This document shows positions 40,336 through 52,096 of a DNA stretch of 59,964 nt, in pieces. The stretch is from Perkinsus olseni (taxonomy: Eukaryota). Position numbers and translations under genes: made by a program. Numbering within the stretch: the first letter of the stretch is position 1; every line of letters starts with the position of its first letter. The stretch lies in contig JABANN010000004.1 in assembly GCA_013115125.1 (NCBI GenBank), positions 124,001-183,964 of the forward strand, read 5' to 3'. Below the pieces are notes generated by a model. It was given only the letters and a program-made list of their open reading frames with translations, made no database searches and was not told the DNA's origin.

Positions 40336-40668
40336 GAAGGTGAAGGTACTCAGGAAAATGCAGCCACTTTGATATCTCAGAAATATCCTGTGGCTACGAA
40401 TCGGTTGTCTGGTCACGGGGAATCAGTTGATACGTTTGGAAGTAGCGTATTATACGGTCCATATGCACCGGACATTGTAGTGATAAGCATAACACTTCCC
40501 GTACGAGTACAACCTCTCTGATTGATATGCGCAACAAGGTCAGCTGCTGTGGATTGAAACCAAAAAATAGCCTAGAACGAGGACGAAAGTCTTCAAGGCG
40601 GTCCTCACCATAGCATGGTCAAAAGAATATAACCTCAGATAGAATCAGCTGTAGTATCGTCATCAACA

Positions 40669-42013
40669 TCATAGCTCATCGCCACTCTTGGAAGCAGCTT
40701 CCGCAGCAGCCTTACAAACATTTAGTACCTGTCGAGGAGAAGGGTTGGATCAGGGATATCTCTAGCAAAAACTGCCAGTTCATGATCGACAACCTCACCT
40801 GCGTTTTTCCTCTCATCTCCTCACGTTTATCCTCACTGATGGAATCTTTCGTCTTGTCCAGCATAGAAGTAATTCTTGTAAGCTCTTTAGTACAATACTC
40901 GTCACCTTTGCCTGATACCTTCTCGAGGATAGTCGGATAGAACTAAAGAAAGAGTAACACATCATCACATCAACTCGGACAATTCATGTTGGCATCTAGG
41001 GGGGAGTAACCTGAGCGAAACGCTGCTAGATAGGTACTCTTGCGAAAGAAATATCTGCCGGAGCCCCATCGGTTACGAATAGATAAGGTGTAATAGGATG
41101 AGATGGATACCTCTCGCTGATGACGAGTGAATCCTCACCTTCGCGAGATCATGTTCCTTATATTGATCCGACGAGGCCTTCACTTCCTTCAACAGCTCAG
41201 CTTTCCTCTCGCTTGAGTCGCTCGAGAAATACTCTTGAACAAGCCTCTGAAGAGCAACTCTTCACCTTTTGCACTCGACAGTCATGAGGGTCGCGGAACT
41301 CGTATTATCCCTTCTTACATCCAGTAAGGGTAGGGTACGACCCTTGAGGGCAAGATGTATACCATTATCCTCAAGCCACTTGATCAGGTCAGATATATCC
41401 GTGACCTCCTTACCGTCATGATATTTGGATACCTCTTTGCCGTCGGAAAACAGAACATAGGTAGGGAATTTATCCGCACCTAAAGCAGGAGCATAACCGC
41501 TAGAAACTATCAGTGGCTGACTGTGATTTAGGGATGACGGGTAAAGGACTCGGAATAGTAATACAGGAGCTTCTCACCGTATTTCTTGGCTAGGTCCAAC
41601 TTGTCAGAGGCCTGTTCATCGCTTTCAATATCAACATAAGCGAGTAAGAGATTTTTAAGCTTTTGGGAAGCCTGACATACAATATCTATCGATTCTTAGA
41701 TGACCGGTATTAGCCCGAGGATGCTACCTCAACAAGCTCGCCAAAGTTCATCTCATTCGACCCGTCAGTATCAGACTTATCAAAACGTACGAGCACATGA
41801 TACTTGTTGCTGGATATTACCTGATCAAGTAACATAACACGGATATGTGATTATGCTGAGCAGCAGCAGCAGCTACAATGCTACCTTATCAAAGACCATG
41901 GCATCCAAGGACAGCGCTCCGTTGAAGGATAACCCAGTAGCTAACCCCATACCCAGGAACAGCACCAGCAATGGAAGGGTGAGGAATGATGGCGAAGGAT
42001 TTCCAACGGACAT
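40669..42013 (-). CDS. ERp29-like ER luminal protein
   Basis: Signal peptide, GALSLDAMVFDKV, VLVRFD, LAKKYGADKFPTYVLF, a helical D-domain (KGDEYCTKELTRITSML) and C-terminal retention-like GDEL*. No CxxC. Confidence 0.85.
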
Positions 42014-42398
42014 GTACGATCGATACACGTAAAGCTGCTGCTTGTTGGTAACGAGTGCCAACGCTGATGAGGCACATAGCTCTACCAGAGCTCCAATGGA
42101 CACTATGTCCGACAAGCTAGCTGATACTAGAATAACATATCGACACGCGTGCTACAGTACGCGGGCCCTTAGCGTTTGTGAGTACAGATGCCACGCAGAC
42201 ACCGCGCACACCGGAAGGATGAGGTTCCTGATACTGAAGCATTTACCCCGGATCCCGGATAACCAACACAACACTCAAGTGAATTTGCCACATCAATTTC
42301 TGACTTTCCGTCGTCGTACGACTAGGACAATAAGAAACTGCCGTCGTCATCTAACGCTTATAGCCATTATTGCTGATAGGCTTTTACAACGACATCAC

Positions 42399-42988
42399 TT
42401 ACTGAGAAGCGATGTGGTTGTTAAGGAACCTGAGGCCCTCGTTATCCTCATCACCATAGTTGGTGACGGCGACAACAGAGGCACCGACAACCTTGCGAGG
42501 GTTGCCGTCCTTGTCGATCTTGCAGAGGCCAGCCCACTCGCCGAGCTGTTTGTTATCAGGGACCTCAATCAGAGGAACGTTCTGCTCGAGGCAAAGGGCC
42601 TGGATGAGCTTCTTGTAGTTATCCTCGTTGCAGGAGGAAGCAAGGAAGCACACCTGAAGGGGTAACACACCATGATTAAAATCACCTTATAATGTTGCGA
42701 ACACGGCAATACTCTACAGAGTGTACCGTGCATTTGTGAGTTTTACCCCCTATTACGTTGGCGCGGCCAGCCTCCAAGGCCTTGGCGGTCTCGTGGAGAC
42801 CCCTGAGAAGACCATCAACAGCGATGGCGTTCTTGAGCACACGACGAATGGCAGAGTTAAGGTCCGTAACTGCCTCCTCGACCTGAGATAGAACAACATA
42901 CTACTACTGCCTTCCTCCATCAACAAGCTGCCTCCTCGACTACCTCGATCGGCTGGTCGATCTCCTCAGCAGCGTCGATGTCAGACAT
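42399..42988 (-). CDS. RPS12: 40S ribosomal protein S12 (eS12)
   Basis: [60 protein letters not shown]; three exons. Confidence 0.98.
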
Positions 42989-43562
42989 GATGATTGGTGC
43001 TTGTTATTGGCAAATATAGTTCCTGTCTGCCCTATGCAGCGCCGTGTGCGAAATCGATCAGTCGATCGATATACCGCGCATGATGAGGACCTGTGTATCG
43101 AACATCCAGTTCGCATGATGCTGCGTTGGCAGCTTCTCAACACCTTTCGTCTCATGAAATGACATCTCACCTTTGTTGGTAGTTCGGGGCTCCCAACTGT
43201 GGAAGTCACTGGTTTCGCGCGTCGCCCGATTGTTCTCCGAAATAGCGCAAGATCGAGGGTGGTCCCTCGAAGTCAATACTTGAAGGCTGCGTGAGAGCCG
43301 TTTGCATCAGGCCTGGTTCCCTCCTCAGTGGGATGATGGCCAGCAGTACTGCCGCTACTACACTGCGGGCCGTTAGTTGTCACTGTTCTAGCTGATGGTG
43401 GTATCATCATGGTCCCATTACACCCCACAGATAGGAGTCCCTACTGGATGCAGGCCAGGCCCTAGGAATAATATCGAGGCAAAGATGCTCAGCCATATGG
43501 CAAAACAAGAGAACGGAGGCGGGTCGTCGTCAAATGGAAGGTGCGCATTCCCTATCATCTTA

Positions 43563-44001
43563 CAGGGTGTACACCAAGAAAGGGCCCACCCCTCAACTTC
43601 TTGTTGTGAGCGAGGTACGATGCCAAATGGACAAAACCGCAAGCTCTCATTGTGCACTGAGCGATGGTGTATTGGAGTCGCATTCTCTTCGCCTCAGTGA
43701 ACAATCTTCCCTAACGCTCCGTCAACCGTTGGTAAATGGTTTCGTTAGAAGAATGCGACAGCCTGTCCATTGTGGCATACCCAGAGAGAGCATGCTGTGA
43801 TTCCCTGACGTGCGGCATTTCCCGCCTGCGCCAGCGGTTTTTGGAAATTTTGTAGCGTTCCAACGGATTCTCCATTAAGGTGAAGAGATTCCATCATCGT
43901 GCAGTTCACGATGAGAGCTATCGATTGCTGCCCACTAGAGTTCGTACCTCGCTCACAACAAGAAGTTACGAGAGGCGGGCCCTTCTCAAGTGTACACCCT
44001 G
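43563..44001. mobile_element. Non-autonomous Tc1/mariner-type MITE (439 bp)
   Basis: Ends CAGGGTGTACAC...GTGTACACCCTG, flanked by TA (43561-62, 44002-03). Imperfect inverted arms of ~140 bp include a 26-bp identical block (43595-43620 vs 43942-43967). No transposase. Confidence 0.8.
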
Positions 44002-44083
44002 TAGTTTACCCAACTTGATTGAGTTCACAACGTCAGGGTTCGGCCATCTAGAGTGACGGAGAGCTCTCTTCCACTGGGCAGTA

Positions 44084-44823
44084 TGATGCCAGCTGCTGGA
44101 CAGGAACGGGATGCGGGAGGCGGGGGACGACGGCATGTGGTGCCAAAGGCTGCAACTACCTCAATGCTTAACGGTAGTTGTGTACCCTACACCCTTGAGG
44201 TAGTGCAGAACAATGCATACTGAGTAAGCGCCCCTTGCCACACTCTCAGGGGAAGTCGTCTCACGCACCCTCCCGTATAACAGAGAGCACTCTTCGGGGC
44301 GCTGCTATGGTGGAGGCAACCGATGACCCGGTCGCCCAAGACAATCCCCGTAACACCCACGACAGGTGGTACTTTTGCTGTGCTGAATATCGCCTTGTCA
44401 CCTATTCGTGACTTGCTCAGTGACCTTCGCCCGCCAGACAACTTATCGCGTGGTCTCCGAGCCGAGTCCGAGGTAGAACATAGAGGGAAGGCCAGGATAC
44501 AGGGGGCTAGGGCCGGTAGTAGCAACGGTATGGATAGTGGCAGTGAGCAGTGGCTCGTCTCCTCAGCATCCACCACTCTAAGCCCTTCCCTGGTGCCATG
44601 CCTCGGTGATCATACAGAGGAGGAGATGCTACCCTGCGATGATGACCACAGGGCACTTGGTAGCAGTATGCACATGCATGCCTCATCAGCAGCAACAGGG
44701 TTGTCAGCATCATCCTTGACTTTCGGGAGTGGTGGACAGAGCCCTCCACCACCACCACCGCCACCACCATTCAAGAGAGCTTATGGGCTTCTTCATGTAG
44801 ACAAGTCGCTGCCTGGTGCATAG
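44084..44823 (+). CDS. Hypothetical protein (strand and structure uncertain)
   Basis: 166-aa ORF 44323-44823 with a poly-Pro tail and possible upstream exons. A competing minus-strand ORF exists. Confidence 0.25.
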
Positions 44824-44958
44824 ATTCTCTCGATGCCGGTATGCATATGGTTTGCTCATAATTCATATTCGTCATTTTCATTAGCACGCGGGAGTTGAGC
44901 TCTTCCTGAGGTTGCAGTCCGAGCATTCACCGATAGCCGTAGTTTTACCAACCCTTCA

Positions 44959-45863
44959 ATGGTCATCCCAATACCAGCTATTGCAAGGAATAACGGTGAG
45001 CCCACTGATTTCGCTAAGGGAGGTAGTACATCTGCTGGGTAGTGCTCATATGACGTCAGTCGGTATTGCTGCTGCTGTTGCTGCTGTCTTCTTCAGCACG
45101 GCCTGTAATGGTGATCCTCATTGTACTACAGCTAGCATTGGGTTGCTGTCGGCTATATATATTGGATATATTCGGTGGTGTATGGACTATCGTACTAGGA
45201 TGCTTTGGTATATGGGCTTATGCCGGCGATAGGGGGCCTTACTTGAGTGACGTCGTGTAAGAGACCTCTCCCTACTGCTATCCATACCTGTCGTCGTCGT
45301 AGGTTCTGGGGCCTCCTCACATTCTTTTGCATGTGGATATTCGATTTCATAATGTTCCTTGAAAGGGTATTCAAGAACCATGCGCCGTTATTCATCAGCA
45401 GCTCATCGCAACAGGAGGGGAGCCCCTTCAAGTGGGTCCATGGTGCCCTCTCCCTACTAGGGAGTCCCTAGTACCCTCATCCTTCTGTCCATTCAGGCAC
45501 AACTTCGCCTCCTCCATTCTCATAGCTGCCCTCCTCATCGATATCTCAGTGCCTGTATTTGCAGTCATCGTATACAAGGTGAACCCTCTCCCACTCATAA
45601 CCAGCACCATCGACCATCTTCAGGAGCGCCGGTCTAACTTGGAAGCCCATCACATACTCTATGATGATGGATCAAACGTGAGGGGAAGTCATCAGCAAGG
45701 TGGCGATAGCTTTACGGCGTTCCAAGGTTATACCGGGCATAGGGAGAACAGGGGCATGGGTATTGAACACAAGCTGACTACCGATATATATCTGCTCTCC
45801 TGCATGTAGGCTGGATCTCTATCTGGCCATTCAGGTAGAGGTAACAGCCTCGGCGAAGACTGA
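44959..45863 (+). CDS. Small 4-TM membrane protein with C-terminal SHP-box-like motif
   Basis: Spliced: MVIPIPAIARNNARPVMVILIVLQLALG...FWGLLTFFCMWIFDF...ILIAALLIDISVPVFAVIVYK...FTAFQGRGNSLGED*. Confidence 0.7.
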
Positions 45864-45989
45864 CCCCTCACAACCACCGCCATTACCGTGCTACTCACCA
45901 TGCTCATGGCCACCTTGTTCTGCAGCATTCGAGTTGTTGTGTTAGTAGTACGGTTAGTGTGGATCGAAGATCGGGTATCCAGTAGTTTC

Positions 45990-47723
45990 ATGGCTAGTCA
46001 AACCTCCAGTAGTAGAGCACCCCAGATACCACTGTGTGCCGCCACATTGCATGTGGCATTGATATCATTGATACTGTGTAGGGGCCCCTCACCTCTGCCC
46101 CCATCTCACGGCCTCATGTAGATATAGCCCAGTCCCCGTGGCTGGAGATAACATCGGAGGAGGGTATCTATGCTGCACCTGTCGACCATGTATTGTTCGG
46201 AGGGGATGAGCATCTCAAAGCCCACACTAGTGGCCACTCACTTCCCAGCGGTAATGCCCTCTTCTACTGTTGTCATTATGCGCTGCCCTAGGTCTGACCC
46301 AGCGGGACAGGCTGGATTCTCTTACCAAAACCTACGCTGCCATGGTTAGAGCCTTCGATGAAGTGGGCTTGGATGTATTCCTTGAGTCCAGCTGCCTTAT
46401 AGGGTAGTATACATCGTGGAACTCCTCAATACCTTCTGTCACCTTCGACTGCTACTTGTATGTAGGTATGTCCGTCATAATGGCAACCCGATACCCTGGG
46501 ATATGGACATTGATATAGGTCCTAACCACACCTTTGATAGTGTTCCCTGTCTAGCTGCCCCTCAGGTCTGCTACAAGGAGACTGTCGTAGGGTCTTCCCC
46601 AACGGTAATGGCGAAATGTACCACAAGGTATCGGCACTACTAGGCCCAGGATATTCAGTGGACAAGATGGGCTGTGACTGTGGCGACCGTTGTGAAGGGG
46701 ATGATGGCAGAATGGTATTGCGTCTTCACACAGGGGCCCTACCAGCAGTATTACTATTCAGGTTGGCCACGTTGCTGATAAGCGTACCGGATTCGGCGTC
46801 GACATATTCTCCTATGCAACCGTTACTACTGAAGATCTACGTCCTTGGCAACACGATGGCCGTCGATGGCTTCGAAGGGTAATGGACGACTAGGCGTCAT
46901 CATCGTGGAACTGTCAGTTGCACGTCGTTGGTGTTGGCACTGATCCTGCTGCATTGGCTCTATCGCCCATCTGTGCATCCTCTCGGGAAGCTTGGGTGCA
47001 TTCTCTGCCGCCCTAGATACGCGATCGAGATGATTACACATTTCCTGAGGAAGCTTTACTACCCTTACGGAATACAACATTCGCTGGTAGGCTGTGCTGT
47101 TGCTGCTACCCCTAGTACTACTACTGTCTCCATAACGTAGGAGTGGATGGTGTCCTCATACCCAACAAGCCTCGTCTATTCTCCAGCTATGAGTATGGTA
47201 GTAATCTAGAGATACACCCCTTCCCATGGGGGTTCCTGGCCTACTCTAGTATGCATGCCTTGGGGTACTGCGTAGTCATACTGTAAGAATGATTATACCA
47301 TCATCAGCAGCATCGAACCTCATCACGACTCATAGGTACCTTATCCTCGAGTTCCCCGATTCATGGGCGGATAAGAGGGTTCCCTACTGGTACTACACAG
47401 CGCTATGCTTTGCTATTTTCCGGGGAGGGGTCCAGTCCCTGTCTGTGGGTATTGTGGTCAACCTCATGCCACGTAGCGGTAGCAGCTGCCGTGATCAGAG
47501 CCTCTCACGAGCTCTACGGATTGCCTTCAATGTCTATCTACTTTATGTATTTCGAGTGGTTCTAAAGTCCCTTTGGGCCCAAGTAATGGAGATATTTGTG
47601 AATGGCGTTCGCCCTGATAAGGTCTACACTATATGCATCGGCAGTACACACTGTTACGACTTTCACCTGTGATCATCATCGGACCACTGCCTCTTGCAGG
47701 CGAAGGTCTCGATATTGTATAGC
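45990..47723 (+). CDS. LicD/fukutin-family nucleotidyltransferase-fold protein with C-terminal TM segments
   Basis: N-terminal anchor, LESSCLIG-YVRHNGNPIPWDMDIDIG (LicD GTLLGAVRHxGxIPWDxDxD-like), FLRKLYY, then hydrophobic exons. Confidence 0.75.
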
Positions 47724-47870
47724 TACCAGAGTACAGTTTAGCTGCTGCATAGTTCACCATTGCTTCATCAATTCGCTTTCCCCCCTGCCTGGAGGTTGTG
47801 TATTGACTTGTCCCCTTGGGGTTTAGTAGGCCTTGAAAAGCTCCACGGTATCCTGCCTAGGTTTTTTGTC

Positions 47871-49446
47871 ATGGATCGGGCTTCCGTCGTCGTCCCCGCT
47901 ACCGTCGTGGTCGTGCTCCTGAGCTCTCTTGCAGTGCACGAGATCAATAGCTACCTGCCCGATGCTTACATGGATGAGATATTCCACGTCCCACAGACGA
48001 AGGCCTTTTGTGAAGGCCACTTTGGACAGTGGGATAACCACATCACGACCCTCCCAGGACTCTATTTGTGGGCCGCTGCTACCCTCCGGCTGATCGCCGC
48101 GCCCTGTACAACGAGCTGTCTTCGACGTTTCGTGTCTATCGTTCCCACAGCCCTCACGGCTGCTGTAGTGGCATCGCTAGTGCGAAGACGGAGGCCAGCG
48201 TCGCACGAGGCTCTTCGTGTACTCATAGTGCTCCTATACCCGACAACATTCTTCTACAACGCGCTCTACTACACGGACACGGCGTCAACAGCCTTGGTTG
48301 TGTCCACTCTCTACCTTCATATGCACCAACGGTATACATTGGCGGGGCTGGTGGGCGCTGCAAGCGTCTTCTGCCGACAGACGAACATTGTGTGGCTCTT
48401 CGGTATGGCTCTCCACCACTGTTTGGTAGAAGGCCTGCTGCCGTGTGTCAGGGCTCGTAAGGGTAAGACTTCTGATCCTTAGCACGATGATGATGATATC
48501 TCAATCACTTTCAGTTGATCTGAGCCGCCTTCTCACCGTGGTTGTATCACTTTGGACCTATATAATAACTGCCCTTGGGTTTATCGCCTTCATCCTGTAT
48601 AATGGGGCGGTAGTGGTGGGGCATAAAGAGAATCATGTCGCCTCATGGCACTGGGCCCAGGTAGGAACATGTCTACAATACTATACAACAACTGATATAT
48701 TCTCGGCTGGACTACTTTTCGATATTCTCCTCTATTCAGTATTTCCATCCTTGTCGATGTTACCGCCTTAGATACCCTACTCACTCCTCACAGTTACGTT
48801 TTTCATGGGGCCTGCGGTCTGGTTGAGCACGATAAGATCCGCCGTTAGAGCTCCCCTTAGACCTCTAATGGACGCTGGGGTTATGGTCGTCTCTTATCTG
48901 ATGTTACTGTATGGGACAATCGTCCATCCCTTCCTGCTAGCTGATAATCGACACTTTACGTTCTACTTATGGCGGCATGTGCTCAGTCACCCCACTCTAA
49001 GGCTTGGTGTCCTGCCAGTTGCGGTAGCGACGATTATTCGGGGACTTGCCAACTCGGAATGGTTGACAAGGCCCCTCCGGAAGACCGAGAATAAGCTCGC
49101 GGTAACCTCGAATTGCGCCGAGGATTTGTGGTCCTGCATTTTTTGCATCCTCAGATTGGAGTGTTTGTTTTATGTTGCGTATTGGCATTGGTGCCGTCGC
49201 CTTTATTGGAGTTAAGATACTTCAACATCCCCGCAATGGGGGTACTGTTGGTGTATGTATGCTATCAGAAGAACGCCACTGAGCTTTACGTCACTGCAGG
49301 TTGGATGGCGGCGATAAACTTGAGCGTGAGTCAGCCCTACCCGGTGAGTTAACCCGTGCATGTAGCCGTTTCAGTCCCTCTGGATATTTACTCGGCGACC
49401 TTTCCTATCAGTGGCGACAGGAGAATTAGAACGATTTATGTGGTGA
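47871..49446 (+). CDS. ALG10: Dol-P-Glc alpha-1,2-glucosyltransferase (DIE2/ALG10)
   Basis: YMDEIFHVPQ, WDNHITTLPGLY, LYYTD, RQTNIVW, HPFLLADNRHFTFYLW, PLLELRYF, RFMW*. Confidence 0.96.
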
Positions 49447-49581
49447 TAGTTAAAGAATGTATTGCGTTATGTGAGACATAGTATGTAATACCCTTGTTGC
49501 CCAAACTGAGAATGACACAACATACACCACTGAGCACTGATAAAGTTTGACATCTGACATCATCATGGTAGGGGACATGTT

Positions 49582-51300
49582 TCACCGCCATGGGGCGATT
49601 TTACGACTACGCGATCCACTGTCGTATGACATCCTTGGGGATGGTTTGGTATGCTCAGTGATGTACGAGTAATCACTAGGGAATATAGGTCTTGTGCCCT
49701 CGCGAGTTGGGGTAACTGTTTTAACTCTCCTCTGTTTGAAATGACGCCTCTGTGGAACTGACACGATGCCCGATCCCGGTAGTTATCAGCGAGGTTACTT
49801 TCCCCCTATTTACTAGCGAATATCTCTTCCCGAGATAACTCTCCATTCAACTGCATGGTATCCTTTACGAGCAAAGGGCTGTTCTTAGGGACATACATCT
49901 GATGAAAGCCATCATGGTGCAAAATAACGTATTAAACCCTACCTGAGTTGATGGCAGTTTGCCGCTTCCCGCACAACTCATCATCTCAGCCCTTGCGCTG
50001 TGTAACCTCTGCGTGTAGCCGGATTTTCTCAGCCAACTGCAGGTGGGGGAAACACTCAAGCCTACCGTCATCGAATATTGCTCACTCTCTCTCATTCCCA
50101 CTCCTCGGATAAACGCCATTGGGATTCATTCGAGGGCTACCATCGTCCCAAGGAGACTGCGGCTCCCGTGTCTGGCACAGTCCACTAAATCCAGATACAG
50201 CATGGCCGAGCTACGCCTACCAGTGACAATTCCGGCCATGCCAAGTGGGCTCTCCTCCTCAGCGGTTCCGGTGGTACAAACGGCACGACGGAAACCTTGC
50301 TGGCTGGGAATAAAATCAAGCCAGATGTGTTCGAGTCCTCCTCTGAGATACCGATGCCGTCGATACCTCGTCCCCGATGTACCTGATAATTCCCAGAATC
50401 GAGAGGTAGTTTATATTACAAGGAACTATGGCTAGCTTCGCGAAGCACTCACTGGATGCTGGCTCCTTGCAGTAGCTCGGCGGCCTGTCCGTCTCTCAGA
50501 TTGGGTACTAGTGGTAGTGTCCTCGCCGTTGAGCTCTAGAGATACACGGCTGCGTGTAGCCGATGTGCTGTCGTTCTCGGGTGCAAAAGTGCGGATGCAA
50601 GTCTGTCGATATTTGTCAAGGCACGAAGGATGCTTGCAAGGACCTTACTCTCAGACGAGGTGTAGGAGTTTCAGCATTGGTGGCGGTGGAGCACGAGGCG
50701 CCATTCGACCGCCTTCCTGCTGGAGAGATCATTCGGCTCGATCGATATGTCTCCAATTCAGGCAATGCTGCTTGGGGCCTCGGCGATAGCAGGGCCTTCA
50801 TGTCCTCGGATCCCACTGCAAGGATTTCTCGACATGCGTCATGTCCCATATTCTGTCCTACTCATTCGCCGAGCCCCCGGGCTCTGGGACCGAACGCGAG
50901 CCGTGGTCACGCTGGGATTGACGATTGGAGGAGGCTGATGACGGGAGAACCTGACGAGTGGGCCGACGTCATTGGGGGATGGCAAGGAGATTAGTTATAC
51001 CCTTTGCCGAATAATTCCCGATTAGATGTTGTTGGACTGAGGCATATCGGTGACTCCCTCCGGGCTGATAGAACTCTGCGTCTAGATAGACCTGGAAAGA
51101 GTACATAACCTGGCAGGATGGCCGTAGTTGCTCACTCTACCGAAGGGGGATCTTGACCGATTAGTGCCAGCAGGAGCAACAACAGCCGCGTCCTCGAGGC
51201 TTGAGAACCGCGGGGTGACTAGGGATGCTACTAGTCTGCTGCTGTCACCAGTCTGGCCACCACCAAAAATGCGTTCGTAGGAGGACGGGATGGATGGCAT
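49582..51300 (-). CDS. Hypothetical multi-exon protein
   Basis: Series of minus-strand ORFs (51082-51300, 50616-50849, 49865-50119, 49582-49764) separated by intron-like gaps. No family recognised. Confidence 0.35.
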
Positions 51301-51535
51301 GATGATGTAGACAGATATGACGATGCTACGTCTGTAGAGGAGTACTTCGCCTTTGTATTGACTAACACGATAAGAGATGTTACGACGAAACTGTTCACGT
51401 AGTACAAAAAGTTATTCAAGCAGTACTAGGGTCATCCAACAGCAATAGAGACTCTTGAGGGCACCATCACACACAGTAAGTTGACAGTAATTCTGCCGAG
51501 AATATCCTCAAGTGATGAGGGGATAATCGACTCTA

Positions 51536-51793
51536 TTATTCACGCCCCATCTGCGGTATACTCCCCTCGGTGCTGCGGCCCTCCTCGGCCATAGTGAGAC
51601 TTATACTGCTATTAGGAGCCAGTCCTGGCTCCGATGCCCCCACAGATGGAGTGCCATACATACTAGCAGGCGATGACGACGATGATGATGTATCACTATC
51701 GGTATGACCAGGATTTACACGAGAACCCACAGGTGGTGGGGGTGTTGTTGTCGTCTCTCCTCCATCAAGATCTTTCTCCTCGTAGTATGACAT
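51536..51793 (-). CDS. Possible small Ser/Pro/Thr-rich protein
   Basis: MSYYEEKDLDGGETTTTPPPP...QMGRE*; low complexity, unsupported otherwise. Confidence 0.25.
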   Translation of the reverse strand: MSYYEEKDLDGGETTTTPPPPVGSRVNPGHTDSDTSSSSSSPASMYGTPSVGASEPGLAPNSSISLTMAEEGRSTEGSIPQMGRE

Positions 51794-52096
51794 TGTACTC
51801 TCAGCTGATGCGAAGCGCAAAATCCTATGGTCTCGAGGAGTAGTAGCGGCCGACGGGGACGAGGAGGAGGGCAGGGGGGCTCCTTCGGGTGACTGACGAC
51901 GAGCATCATCACCAGCTTCATGACAATCAGAAACTCACATCATATTACTATAAAATTGATTCAAAACGGTGTTGCCGTAATAATATAAAGCTTTGTAGGA
52001 ACATGAGAGCAGTAGTCATAAGGCGTAGGAACGGCATCAGCAGCAGCAGCAGCAGCTATGCGCAAGATGATAACAATGATACTACTACGGGGAACA

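Noticed and set aside
42210-42260. GATGA...CTGA, box C/D-like
   Set aside because: Boxes too close together and box C imperfect.
44187-44576. VVGVTGIVL on the minus strand, resembling POP4/Rpp29
   Set aside because: Short match only; flanking Rpp29 motifs not found and the strand is ambiguous.
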